Shown in pieces: positions 37,417 through 47,900 of a stretch of DNA of 60,209 nucleotides. Origin of the DNA: Vulcanimicrobiota bacterium. GTDB lineage: Bacteria; Vulcanimicrobiota; Vulcanimicrobiia; Vulcanimicrobiales; Vulcanimicrobiaceae. The stretch spans positions 1 through 60,209 of the forward strand of contig PLCF01000063.1 in NCBI GenBank assembly GCA_003135555.1. The letters run 5' to 3'. The notes beneath the pieces are model-generated. The model saw only the letters and a list, made by a program, of their open reading frames with translations, was not told where the DNA came from and did not search any database. The position numbers and the translations under genes are program-made. Position 1 is the first letter of the stretch, and every line of letters starts with the position of its first letter.

Positions 37417-39147
37417 ATGCTGGCAACCGCTCCGCTCGCCCCGCCCACGACCATCACCGCCGCCGAAGCCGCCGTCCGCGTCATGGAAAGCGAAGGGGTC
37501 GACCTCGCGTTCGGGATCCCGGGCGCCTCGATTCTGCCGCTGTACCAGGCGCTGCGGCGCTCGACGATTCGCCACATCGTGGCACGGCACGAGGAGGGGG
37601 CGACCCACGCCGCCGACGGCTACGCCCGCGCGACCGGCAAGGTGGGCGTTGCGATCGCCACCTCGGGGCCCGGCGGCACGAACTTCGTCACCGGCCTCTA
37701 CACGGCGATGGCCGACTCGATCCCCATCATCACGATCACCGGACAAGTCCCGGTGTCGCAGCTGCACCGCGAGGGATTTCAGGCCGTCGACATCTGCGAG
37801 ATCGTCAAGCCGGTGGTCAAGAAGTCGTTTTTGTGCAAAGAGGCGGCGCAGATTCCGTGGATCTTCCGCGAAGCGTTCCGCATCGCACGCGAAGGGCGAC
37901 CGGGCCCGGTCCACATCGACCTGCCGCAGGACGTGCAGCAGCAACTGATTTCGTACGACGTGACGCTCGACGAACCGCTGCCCGTCTTCAAGATGCCCCC
38001 CACGCCAGGCAAGATCCGGCGCGCCGTGCAGTGGCTCGCAAACGCCGAGCGGCCGGTGCTCATGCCCGGCGGCGGCGTGCTGATCGCCGAAGCCTGGGAG
38101 CCGCTGCTGGCGCTGGCGGAGCACTTGCAGCTCGCGGTGTCGCCGACGCTCATGGGCAAGGGCGCGATCGACGAGGATCACCCGCTCTCCATGGGGATCG
38201 TCGGCACGCAGACCAATCAGCCCTACGCCAACGCGCTGTTCCTCGAGAGCGACGTGGTGTGCGCGATCGGCGCGCGCTTCGCCAGCCGCCACACCGGCGA
38301 TCTCGCGACCTACCGCGGCACGCGCCGCTTCGTGCACGTCGACGTCGAGGCGACCCAGATCGGGCGCATCTTCGAGCCCGACCTCGGCATCGTCGCCGAC
38401 GCCAAGCTGGCGCTTGAGGCCATGCTCGCCGAAGCGCGCCGCGCCTATCCCGACGGCGTGCAGCGCCCGGCGTGGACCGGACGGATCGCCGAGCTGCGCG
38501 TGAACCAAGCGCGCAGCACCGATTTCGACCAGGTCCCGATCAAGGCGCCGCGCGTGTTCGGCGAGCTCAACGCCTACTACGGTGACGACACGACCTTCGT
38601 TACCGCGATCGGCCTGTACCAGATCTTTTCAGGTCAGTTCCAGACCACCCACAAGCCGCGCCGCTACTTCGTGTGCGGACAGGCCGGACCGCTGGGCTGG
38701 GAGATCAGCGCCTGCACCGGGATCAAGCTCGCGCAGCCCGAACGCGAGGTGGTCGGCGTCGTCGGCGACTACTCCTTCGAGTTCCTCATGGAAGAGATCG
38801 CGGTGGCCGTGCAATACCGCATCCCGTTCGTCATCGTGATGCTCAACAATGCGCACCTGGGGCTGATCCGCCAGGCCGAGCGCGCCTCGTTCGGGTTCGA
38901 CGAGGACTTCGAGGTCTCGATCGGCTACGGCGAAGACGGGTACGGGATGGACCATGTCAAAGCGATGGAGGCGATGGGCGCCGCCGGCGTGCGCGTGCGC
39001 CGTCCCGAAGAGATCCGCGATGCGCTGGCCTGGGCGACCAAGACGTCGAACGAGCGCAGCCTCCCGGTCCTCGTCGAAATCCTGACCGAGCCCAAAGAAG
39101 ACGCCGCGATGGGAACGTCGATCGCGTCGATCAAGGAGGTCTACTAG
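37417..39147 (+). CDS. gcl: Glyoxylate carboligase
   Basis: ThDP enzyme; ADSIPIITITGQ..EGFQAVDI, RHTG, CGQAGPLGW, GDYSFEFLMEE, GLIRQA; operon with hyi/glxR. Confidence 0.93.
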   Translation: MLATAPLAPPTTITAAEAAVRVMESEGVDLAFGIPGASILPLYQALRRSTIRHIVARHEEGATHAADGYARATGKVGVAIATSGPGGTNFVTGLYTAMADSIPIITITGQVPVSQLHREGFQAVDICEIVKPVVKKSFLCKEAAQIPWIFREAFRIAREGRPGPVHIDLPQDVQQQLISYDVTLDEPLPVFKMPPTPGKIRRAVQWLANAERPVLMPGGGVLIAEAWEPLLALAEHLQLAVSPTLMGKGAIDEDHPLSMGIVGTQTNQPYANALFLESDVVCAIGARFASRHTGDLATYRGTRRFVHVDVEATQIGRIFEPDLGIVADAKLALEAMLAEARRAYPDGVQRPAWTGRIAELRVNQARSTDFDQVPIKAPRVFGELNAYYGDDTTFVTAIGLYQIFSGQFQTTHKPRRYFVCGQAGPLGWEISACTGIKLAQPEREVVGVVGDYSFEFLMEEIAVAVQYRIPFVIVMLNNAHLGLIRQAERASFGFDEDFEVSIGYGEDGYGMDHVKAMEAMGAAGVRVRRPEEIRDALAWATKTSNERSLPVLVEILTEPKEDAAMGTSIASIKEVY

Positions 39148-39945
39148 ATGCCGCGCTTCTCCGCCAACCTCTCGTTCCTGTTCGGGGATCTGCCGTTCTA
39201 CGAACGCATCGACGCCGCGGCGGCGAACGGCTTGCGCGGCGTGGAGTACATGTCGCCGTATGAGTACGAGGTCGCGGAGATCAAGCGGCGACTGCGCGCG
39301 AACGGGCTGACCCAGGTCCTCTTCAACTTGCCGGTCGGCGACTTCGCGAAGGGGGAGCGCGGCTTCGCGTCCGATCCCGAGCGCGTCGACGAGTTTCGGG
39401 AAGGCGTCATCGAGGCGGTCGACATCGCGCGCGAGCTCGACTGCAAGCGCGTGAACATGCTGGTCGGAATCGCAATCCCCGGGCGGGATGGTGCGTACGC
39501 CCGCGCGACGATGGTCAAGAACGCGCGCTACGCGGCGCGCGCGCTCGACGAGATCGGGGCCACGCTCGTCGTCGAGCCGCTCAATCGCATCGATACCCCC
39601 GGCTTCCTCATCGGCACGACGGCGGAAGCGCTGTCGCTGATCGCGGACACCGGTGCGTCGAACTTCAAGCTGCAGTACGACTGCTATCACGCGCAGCGTG
39701 TCGAGGGCAACCTGATCGCAACGATCCGCGCCCACATCGCGCAGATCGGGCACGTGCAGATCGCCGACAGCCCCGGCCGCAACGAGCCCGGAACCGGAGA
39801 GCTGGCTTACGAACGCATCTTGCCGGTGTTCGACGAGCTTGGCTACGACGGCTGGATCGGGCTGGAGTACAAACCGTCGCGTCCCGCTCCCGAGACATTT
39901 TCGTGGATCGAAGCACTTCGCGCTCGTGAGGTCGTAGCACCGTAA
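39148..39945 (+). CDS. hyi: Hydroxypyruvate isomerase
   Basis: MPRFSANLS, LFNLPVGD, EPLN, YDCYH, HVQIADSPGRNEPGTGE, GLEYKP. Confidence 0.94.
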   Translation: MPRFSANLSFLFGDLPFYERIDAAAANGLRGVEYMSPYEYEVAEIKRRLRANGLTQVLFNLPVGDFAKGERGFASDPERVDEFREGVIEAVDIARELDCKRVNMLVGIAIPGRDGAYARATMVKNARYAARALDEIGATLVVEPLNRIDTPGFLIGTTAEALSLIADTGASNFKLQYDCYHAQRVEGNLIATIRAHIAQIGHVQIADSPGRNEPGTGELAYERILPVFDELGYDGWIGLEYKPSRPAPETFSWIEALRAREVVAP

Positions 39946-40841
39946 TGGCGGAGAACAAACCGGTCATCGGTTTCATCGGCTTGGGCATCATGGGCAAGCC
40001 CATGGCGCGCAACTTGCTGCGCGCGGGCTACGAGCTCGTCGTGCTGAACCGTTCGCGTGCCCCCGTCGACGAGCTCGTCGCCGACGGGGCGGCCGCGGGG
40101 ACGACGCCGCGCGACGTCGCGTCGCGCAGCAACGTGGTCATCACCATGCTCCCCGACTCGCCCGACGTCGAAGCCGTCGCGCTCGGACCCGACGGCATCG
40201 CCGCCGGCATCAAGGACGGCGCGCTGTGGATCGACATGAGCACCATCGCGCCGGCGACGACCAAACGCGTCGCCGCCGAGCTCGCGGCGAAGGGCGTGAC
40301 TTCGGTCGACGCGCCGGTGAGCGGCGGCGAGAAGGGCGCGATCGACGCTGCGCTCTCGATTATGATCGGCGGCAGCGAGGACGCGTTCGCGCGCGCCAAA
40401 CCGATCTTCGAGGCGCTCGGCAAGAACATCGTCCACGTCGGCGAGCTGGGCGCGGGCCAAGTCACCAAAGCCTGCAATCAAATCGTCGTGGGCGTGACCA
40501 TCGAAGCCGTCGCCGAAGCCCTCGCGCTCGCCGAAGCCTCGGGCGTCGATCCGTCCAAAGTGCGCGCCGCGCTGCTCGGCGGCTTCGCGCAGAGCAAGAT
40601 CCTCGAAGTCCACGGCCAGCGCATGATCGACCGCGCGTTCAACCCCGGCTTCAAGTCCAGGCTGCACCGCAAGGACATGAACATCGCCGCGAACGCCGGC
40701 GACGCATGCGGCCTCGACCTCGGCGCGGCCAAGCTGGTGCGCGAACGTTTCGACGCGCTGATCGAACGCGGCGACGGCGAAAAGGATCACAGCGCGTTAC
40801 GGACGCTCTACCCCTTGCGCGACACGGCACCGGTGGGATAG
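39945..40841 (+). CDS. glxR: 2-hydroxy-3-oxopropionate (tartronate semialdehyde) reductase
   Basis: GFIGLGIMGKPMA, DAPVSGGEKGA, GQVTKACNQI, FNPGF...HRKD. Confidence 0.9.
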   Translation: MAENKPVIGFIGLGIMGKPMARNLLRAGYELVVLNRSRAPVDELVADGAAAGTTPRDVASRSNVVITMLPDSPDVEAVALGPDGIAAGIKDGALWIDMSTIAPATTKRVAAELAAKGVTSVDAPVSGGEKGAIDAALSIMIGGSEDAFARAKPIFEALGKNIVHVGELGAGQVTKACNQIVVGVTIEAVAEALALAEASGVDPSKVRAALLGGFAQSKILEVHGQRMIDRAFNPGFKSRLHRKDMNIAANAGDACGLDLGAAKLVRERFDALIERGDGEKDHSALRTLYPLRDTAPVG

Positions 40842-40904
40842 CCTCCGGGGATGATCGCCCTTGAGAGGCCGATCGTCCCCGGATTACCGCAGGGGACGAT
40901 CCGC

Positions 40905-41204
40905 ATGTACGCCGTTGCCTTCGACCTGGACACCGAGACGCTGCAACACGCCTACGGCGCGCCGTCCTGGCGCCATGCGTATGCGGATATTCGAAGCATC
41001 CTAGAAGACGAAGGATTCGCCTGGCAACAGGGCAGTGTGAACTTCGGCCTTCCCGACCGCGTCGATGCGGTCGCCTGCGTACTGGCGATCCAACGCCTCA
41101 CCCGCGAGTTACCGTGGTTTTCGGCCGCCGCACGCGGCGTGCGCATGCTGCGCATCGAAGAAAACAACGACCTCCGGCCTGCAATCGATTCTGCGGCGCG
41201 CTAA
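40905..41204 (+). CDS. vapD: VapD-family (Cas2-like fold) endoribonuclease
   Basis: MYAVAFDLD...AYADI...GF..QQGSV..., WF....R.VRMLRIEENNDL. Confidence 0.85.
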   Translation: MYAVAFDLDTETLQHAYGAPSWRHAYADIRSILEDEGFAWQQGSVNFGLPDRVDAVACVLAIQRLTRELPWFSAAARGVRMLRIEENNDLRPAIDSAAR

Positions 41205-41208
41205 GACG

Positions 41209-42453
41209 CTACTCGGCGGTCCAGTCGAAGAGGGCGCGGCGTTCGGGTTTGGGGAACCGTGCTTTGGTCTTGATCGCTTCGAGGTAGCGGCGCTTGCCGG
41301 CGCGGTTGCCCTTGCCGATGAGGACGGCTCCGACGAAACGGTCCTCGAGGAAGTACAGGGCGCGATACCAGCCTTTGTCGCGCTCGATCTGCATCTCGGT
41401 TTCGATGTCTTCGCGGTACTCCGGTGAGAGCCCGAACTGCGTGATCGTCTGCCCGCTGAAGACTAGCGACGAGTACTCGGGGACGGTGTCGAACTGCTTG
41501 CGCTCGGCGCCGTTCGCGGCGGCGGCCATGTTGTGTGCGGCCAGTTTGCCGTGCGCGCCGGCGCTGTTCCAGGTGCCCATCCGATAGTGCTGCTCGGCGA
41601 TCGGGTCGTAGAACTCCGCGCAATCGCCGGCAGAAAAGATGCCCGGGACATCCGTTTCGAGGTGCTCGTCGGTAACGATTCCGGTGCGCGTGCGGATCCC
41701 GGTTCCTTCGCACAGCTCCATGTTGATCGTCAGACCGAGACCGATTCCGAACAAGTCGGCGTCGATCGTCTTGCCGCTCGTCGTGACGACCTTGTTGACC
41801 ACGCCGTTGGAGCGCACGAACTCGCGGACTTCTTCCCCGAAATGCAGGTGTACGCCGTCGGCACGCGCTGCGTCGTGAAGCAGCTCGCCGGCGGCCTCGT
41901 CGAGCATGCGGCGCAGAAACCGCGGCCCGCGAATCAGCCAGTGCGTCTCGACGCCGCGCGAGACGAAGGCCTCGGCGAGCTCGTAAGCGATGAACGAGCC
42001 GCCCACGGCGACCCCCACTTTCGCCGTCTCGAGCGCCTCGGAGATCGCCTTGGTCTCGGACATGTACTGGAAGTTGTAGACGTTTCCGGCGCCGGCCGCC
42101 CCGGGCGACGTGGCGGGGTTGGGGCGGCCGCCGGTGGCCAGCAGCAGCGCGTCCCACGGTTCCTCGCGGCCGTTCACCACCACGGTGCGGTCTGCGACGT
42201 TGACCCGGTCGACCCGCGTCGACAACCGCAGATCGATCGCCAGCTTCTCATGCCAGGCGATGTCGCGCATGATCACTTTCTGCTCGGTGACCTGCTTGCG
42301 CAGCATCGGCGGCAGCGCGATCCGGTTATACAGGCAGTAAGGCTCGTCCGCGAACAAGACGATGGAACACGCCGGGTCGGCCTTGCGTAGCTGCTCGGCA
42401 CAGGTCGTCCCGGCGAACCCATTCCCCACGATGACATACCTGCGATCAGCCAC
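41209..42453 (-). CDS. FAD/NAD(P)-dependent oxidoreductase (ferredoxin/rubredoxin reductase-like)
   Basis: IVGNGFAG, LLLATGG, VGGSFIAYE, TDVPGIFSAGDCA; GTG start inferred. Confidence 0.88.
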   Translation of the reverse strand: MADRRYVIVGNGFAGTTCAEQLRKADPACSIVLFADEPYCLYNRIALPPMLRKQVTEQKVIMRDIAWHEKLAIDLRLSTRVDRVNVADRTVVVNGREEPWDALLLATGGRPNPATSPGAAGAGNVYNFQYMSETKAISEALETAKVGVAVGGSFIAYELAEAFVSRGVETHWLIRGPRFLRRMLDEAAGELLHDAARADGVHLHFGEEVREFVRSNGVVNKVVTTSGKTIDADLFGIGLGLTINMELCEGTGIRTRTGIVTDEHLETDVPGIFSAGDCAEFYDPIAEQHYRMGTWNSAGAHGKLAAHNMAAAANGAERKQFDTVPEYSSLVFSGQTITQFGLSPEYREDIETEMQIERDKGWYRALYFLEDRFVGAVLIGKGNRAGKRRYLEAIKTKARFPKPERRALFDWTAE

Positions 42454-42581
42454 AGCAGATGTTAATCGAGCGCGCCCACGGGGAATCCCGCTCATAGCAC
42501 CATCGCGAGCGCGCTCACGGTCGGGGGCCCCGCGTGCAAAGCACGTGGGGGGCGCGGAGCCTCGGGCGGAGCGCCGTTAAA

Positions 42582-42929
42582 ATGAATACTAGGCTCGTTA
42601 ACCTGCTTGCTAGCTTCATCCGCGGCACGAGCGAGTATGCGCTCGCGCGCCTGGAGTTCAGCCTGCGCTTCGGCGGGCTTGCGGCGCCGCCGGTCCTCGA
42701 CCGGCTGCCCGACGCCTCCGAGGCGACGCTACGCGACCGCTGGGACGCGATCGAGGGGCAGCTCGAGACGGTCGTCGCCTACGTGAAACAGGCGGAATCG
42801 TCGTTCGGTACGGAGGAACGTGCCGACCCCGCGTTCCGCTGGCTGCGCCGGACGGTCCGGGAGCTCGACCAATACGCACGCGCGCTGCGCTGGGTCCTCA
42901 CCGTCGGCGGAAGGGACCCTGCGCCGTAA
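42582..42929 (+). CDS. Hypothetical helical protein
   Basis: Open frame with host codon usage. Confidence 0.6.
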   Translation: MNTRLVNLLASFIRGTSEYALARLEFSLRFGGLAAPPVLDRLPDASEATLRDRWDAIEGQLETVVAYVKQAESSFGTEERADPAFRWLRRTVRELDQYARALRWVLTVGGRDPAP

Positions 42930-42945
42930 GAGACGAGAGGGGTTC

Positions 42946-43353
42946 ATGGATTTCTTAAACCGGGCGATGGAGCAGGCTAAAGCGCTCCAACAGATGACCG
43001 CCGAGGCGATGCAAAAAAGCGTTGAACAGGCCACGCCGATGGTCAAGGAGGCGGTCACCAAAGCGCAAGAGCTGCAGAAGACGCTCATCGACCAGGCACC
43101 GAGCGTTACGGCCGCCGCGCAGGAGCAGTACAACGCCGCACTTCAGCACGCCGGCGCGATGATCGCCACCGGCAAGACCGTCCTCGAGGCCGGGTCGGCG
43201 CAAGCCCAGCAACACCTCGCGATCCTGGCCGACCAGGCGAAGAAGGCCGCCGACGCGACGCGCAGTGCCGTCCATTCGGCGACCGCGCCCCCAGCGGCCG
43301 ATACACCGGCCGCGCCGCCGCCGCCGCCGTACGGGACGACGGGCTCGACCTAG
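42946..43353 (+). CDS. Hypothetical Ala/Gln-rich amphipathic protein
   Basis: GAGGGG RBS; MDFLNRAMEQAK... Confidence 0.7.
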   Translation: MDFLNRAMEQAKALQQMTAEAMQKSVEQATPMVKEAVTKAQELQKTLIDQAPSVTAAAQEQYNAALQHAGAMIATGKTVLEAGSAQAQQHLAILADQAKKAADATRSAVHSATAPPAADTPAAPPPPPYGTTGST

Positions 43354-43357
43354 CGCC

Positions 43358-44416
43358 CTATGCCGATGTGACGACGCCGCCGTCGTCGTCGACCTCGAGC
43401 CCGAACCAGCGCTCGAACTGCGCCGCGAACGCGGCGTAGACCCCGAGCGACACGATGCTCAGGCCGACGACGACGAGCGCCGCGATCGGCCAGCGATCGA
43501 CGAACGCGTCGTAGAGTCCGTGGTACGTCGCGGGGATCACGAGCGCCAGGACGATGAGTCCGGCGCGCGCCGATGGGATGCGCGCCGCGAACCAGATCAG
43601 ATATGCAGCGATGCCCGTCCACACGGCATGGAAGAACGGGAGCGACGTCAGGCGCAGCACGCTCTCGAGGTAAAACCCCGCGAACGCTCCGGTTTTTGTG
43701 GCCTCCGCAGCGTACGGCCCGAGTTGATAACCCACCCCCTCCTTGATGCCGAAGCCGAGCCCGGAGAGCAGTCCGTAGAAGAGGAATGCGCGCAGCGTCG
43801 GCAGCGGCCCGGCAAAGCGCCAGATCGCGAACAGCACCAGCGCTTTGGTGAGCTCCTCGGGAAAGCCGATGAAGACGATCGCCGACGGGATCGCGACCCA
43901 CAGGCTCTTCGCCGCCACGAGCCCGCCGCGCAGCAGCTCGACGTTGAGCACGAGCGAGATCATCAGCGCGGTCATCCCGACGAACACCGTGCCGAAATAG
44001 GCCGCCAGCCCCACCCGCCAGCGTATCCCGGTTGCGCGGAACGCCGATGCGAAGAACAGCGCCCACATCGCCGAGAAGTACAGGCCGAGCCCGCGGAACG
44101 CGAGCACCGGGTCGTTGATCTTCTCGAAGTACGAGACCATCGCGAGCGGCGCGATCCCCATGAGCGCGATGAGCCCGACGTTGCGCCAGCGCCCCGCCCC
44201 GACGGCGTCCAAATGCCTGAACGGCTCGAAGAGAACCGGTAGCACGGCCCGGATCTCGCGCGGAGCGCGCCGGTAGAGCGCGGCATCGTGCGACCCGAGA
44301 TAGACGCCCTCTTGCCAGGTGCCGGCGGGGGCCGACAGATCGACGCCGCACGCTCCGCAGAAGCGCCCCGCCACGAGCGCCCCGCACGACCGGCAGACCG
44401 TTGCCGCCGCCGTCAT
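43358..44416 (-). CDS. PrsW-family intramembrane metalloprotease with N-terminal zinc ribbon
   Basis: CRSC...CGAC; GFPEELTK, GLGFGIKE, HAVWTG, HGLYD. Confidence 0.88.
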   Translation of the reverse strand: MTAAATVCRSCGALVAGRFCGACGVDLSAPAGTWQEGVYLGSHDAALYRRAPREIRAVLPVLFEPFRHLDAVGAGRWRNVGLIALMGIAPLAMVSYFEKINDPVLAFRGLGLYFSAMWALFFASAFRATGIRWRVGLAAYFGTVFVGMTALMISLVLNVELLRGGLVAAKSLWVAIPSAIVFIGFPEELTKALVLFAIWRFAGPLPTLRAFLFYGLLSGLGFGIKEGVGYQLGPYAAEATKTGAFAGFYLESVLRLTSLPFFHAVWTGIAAYLIWFAARIPSARAGLIVLALVIPATYHGLYDAFVDRWPIAALVVVGLSIVSLGVYAAFAAQFERWFGLEVDDDGGVVTSA

Positions 44417-44820
44417 GCCGGGGTCTTCGCGAACACCACGGCCACGATCGTGACCGCCCACATCAGCGTCACGAAGAGCGTGGGCAGGAACAGGATCGCA
44501 CCCGCGATCGCCCAGGCCCGCTCGACGGCACGGAACTCCTGCGGATCCGCGTACCGGCGCCGCTGGAGCGCGACGCGGTTGCCGTTGAAGAACAGGAAGA
44601 TCGTGATCCCCAGCGACACCGGCGGGAGCGGAAACCAGAACAGCCAGTAGAGCGTCCCCAGGACGGGCGCACCGTGCGCGAACGTCCACAACCCGGGTGC
44701 GCCGCCGGCGCCGATGTTCACGCCGCGCATCAACGCGGCGGCGGCGCTCGATACGTGCTCGAGCGGAAGCCTCGCGCCGCCCGCGTCGGCACCGCAGTGT
44801 TCGCAAAAACGCGTCGTCAC
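44413..44820 (-). CDS. Small membrane protein with zinc ribbon
   Basis: FCEHCG, GNRVALQRRRY...F...ERAW; frame stays open upstream with a second CxxC, so the true start is probably earlier. Confidence 0.65.
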   Translation of the reverse strand: MTTRFCEHCGADAGGARLPLEHVSSAAAALMRGVNIGAGGAPGLWTFAHGAPVLGTLYWLFWFPLPPVSLGITIFLFFNGNRVALQRRRYADPQEFRAVERAWAIAGAILFLPTLFVTLMWAVTIVAVVFAKTPA

Positions 44821-44978
44821 CGCGCTCCCGCACGCGACGCAGGTGCGCGACGAAACCTGCGCAGGTTGATCCGCGGCAGTCTTGATCGCGCATTCCGTAG
44901 CGGAGAGCAGCCAATCCTACCGCGCGCGGCGACGATCGCCGAACCGGGTCGAAACTTTACCCGCGGCTGCCGCAGCGG

Positions 44979-47900
44979 TTAGGTAACGAGTGTCGCCGCG
45001 CGCGGGACCGCGACCGCGAGGCGCACGAACGCATCGAGGTCGCCGCCCGCGTCGAGGTAGGCGCGGGCGCGCGACGAGCCGGTCGCCGCGGCGTGGCTTT
45101 CCAACAGTGCGCGCAATCGGTCGCGCGCCTCGGCGTCGAGATCGTGGGCGACCAGCGGGCTGGGTCCGAGCCGCGACGCATGCGCGCGCAAGACGAACAG
45201 CTCGCCGCCGGTCATCCCGCTGGCGAGATTGCGTCCCGCCGCGCCCAAGATCGCGACGGTGCCTTTGGTCATGTACTCGCAGGCGTGATCGCCGGCGCCC
45301 TCGACTACGATTGTCGCGCCGCTGTTGCGGACCGCGAGCCGCTCGCCGGCGGCGCCGCGCACGAACGACTCGCCGCCGCGCGCACCGTAGAAGCATGCGT
45401 TGCCGATCGCCGGTTCGTCGGGCTGTCCCGCGCCGCGCACGACGATGAGCCCGCCGCTCATCCCTTTGCCGACACCGTCGTTCGCCTCGCCGTCGAGCTC
45501 GAGCGTCATCCCCGCGGCGAGAAACGCGCCGAAGCTCTGCCCGGCGCTGCCGGCGTAGCGGTACGTCGCCGGCGCTACGTGCTCGCCGCGCCCCTTGCGA
45601 ATCACCGCGTCGTAGGCGATGCGTGTGCCGACGGCGCGGTCGGCGGGCGTGATGCGCTGCGTCCCGCCGGCGATCGCTTCGTCGTCGAGGTGCGCGTTGT
45701 CGATCCGTGCCGAGTCGTACGGAGCGCGCGTCTCGGGTAAGCGCAGCACTTCGTCGAGATCGATGCCCCGCGCCCGGTGGTCGCGCGGCCGCACGAGATC
45801 GCTGCGGCCGCGGATCTCGTCGAGCGATCGGGCGCCCAGTGCGGCCAGACGGCGCCGGACGTCCTTCGCCACGAAACGCAGGAAGGTCGCCGCATCCTCG
45901 GCGGTGCCCGGAAACTTGCCGCGCAGCACGGCGTCCTGGGTCGCGATTCCGACCGGACACGTGTTCTGATGGCATTGGTGGGCGTAGATGCAGCCCAGCG
46001 CGATCAGCAGCGCGGTGCCAAAACCGAACATGTCGGCGCCGAGCATCGACCCGACGATCACGTCACGGCCGGTCTTGAAGCCGCCGTCGACGCGTAAGGC
46101 AACCCGCCCGCGCAGCCCGTTGGCAACGAGCGTGTGGTGGGTTTCGACCAAGCCGAGTTCCCACGGCAAGCCGGCGTGCTTGATCGAGCCCAGCGGCGAG
46201 GCGCCCGTACCGCCGTCGTGGCCGGCGATGTGCACGACGTCGGCGCGCGCTTTGGCCACGCCGCTCGCGACGTACCCGATCCCCGATTGCGCGACCAGCT
46301 TGACGGCGATCTTGGCTTTGGCGTTGGCCCGGCGCAAATCGTAGATGAGCTGGGCCAGATCCTCGATCGAGTAGATATCGTGATGCGGCGGCGGTGAGAC
46401 CAGCGACTGCCCTGTCACGGCGCCGCGCAGCGCCGCGATCTCCGCGGTCACCTTGAATCCCGGGATCTGTCCGCCTTCGCCGGGCTTTGCACCTTGGGCG
46501 ATCTTGATCTCGAGCTCTTCGGCGGTGGCCAGGTACTCCGGCGCGACGCCGAAACGCGCCGACGCGACCTGCTTGATCGCGTTGAGCGTCCGCGCCGGAT
46601 CCTCACCGCCCTCACCGCCGTTGCTGCGCGCGCCGGCGAGTTTGGCGCCCAGTGCGACCGCTTCGTGCGCCTCGGGTCCCAGCGCGCCCAGCGACATCGC
46701 CGCGGTGACGAAGCGCGCGGCGATCGCGTCTTCGGACTCGACCTCGTCGAGCGCAACGGGTTCGCCGATCGCGACCGGTTCGACCAGATCGCGCAGCGCT
46801 ATCGTTTCGCGCTCCTCGAGCAGATCGGAGAGCGCGAAAAAGGCGGCTTCGTCGCGCGCCACGATCGTCTTGCGCAAGTTCTTGAGCAGCGGCGGATCGA
46901 AATGGCGCTTGACGCCGTCGCGGCGGTAGCGGAACAGCCCGCGCTGCGGCGGCTCCCCGCCCTCCGCGGCGAGCACTTCCCAGGCGCGCAGGTCCTCTTC
47001 GAGCTCGTCGAAGCCCAGCGTCTGAACGTGCGTCGCCATCCCGGGAAAACACGTCGAGACGATCTCGGCTTTGAGTCCCAGCGTCTCGAACGTCTGCGCG
47101 CCGACGTACGATCGGAGCGTGCAGATGCCGAGCTTGGCCAGCACCTTCACCAACCCGGCACGTAGCGTTTCGAGCAGCCCCGTCGCCGACGCTTTCTCCG
47201 TGACGGCGACGCGCGCCGCAAGCCAGGGCGTCATCACGTTGGCTCCGGCGGCGATCACCGCTGCGCAGCCGTGCGCATCGCGCGCAAAACCGTCGCAGGC
47301 CGCGATCGATGCCTGCAGCCGCAATCCCACCGCGGTGAGGCGCTGGTGCACGGCGCCCGCCGCGAGCACCGCCGGCACCGGCAACGTCGCGCTGCGGTCG
47401 TCCAGAACCAAGTAGGTCTTACCGCGGCGCACCGCGCGCTCCGCCTCGTCACAGATCGTTGCGATCCGCGCGCGCAGCGTCGTCGCCGCGCAGTCCAGCT
47501 CGATCCGGTGCGGGACGAGGCGCGAATCGTAGGTCAGCGCGTCGAATGCGGTCTCGTCGAGCAGCGCGGTATCGACCGAGACGATGCTGCCGGGCGCCGG
47601 AACGTCGCCGTTGCTGTCGCCGCTGCCGACGAAGGCCCGCATGTCGAAGACGAATCCTTCGCGCAGCGCGTCGATCGGGGGGTTCGTCACCTGCGCGAAG
47701 CGCTGGCGAAGGTACTCCGTAACCGGGACGCGGCGTTCGAGGAACGCCGGCGCCGCGTCGTCGCCCATCGACCACATCGGCTCGATGCCGCCGGCCAGCG
47801 AAGAGACGACCTGTTTGAGCTCGTCGGCCGTGTACCCGAAACGCACCAAGTCGCGGCGCAGCGTGACGGCGTCGACGTCGCGCGGCGCTTCGGCGGGCGG

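Noticed and set aside
40905..41204. Cas2 / CRISPR-Cas locus
   Set aside because: Motifs fit VapD; no other cas genes or repeat-spacer array seen anywhere in the window.
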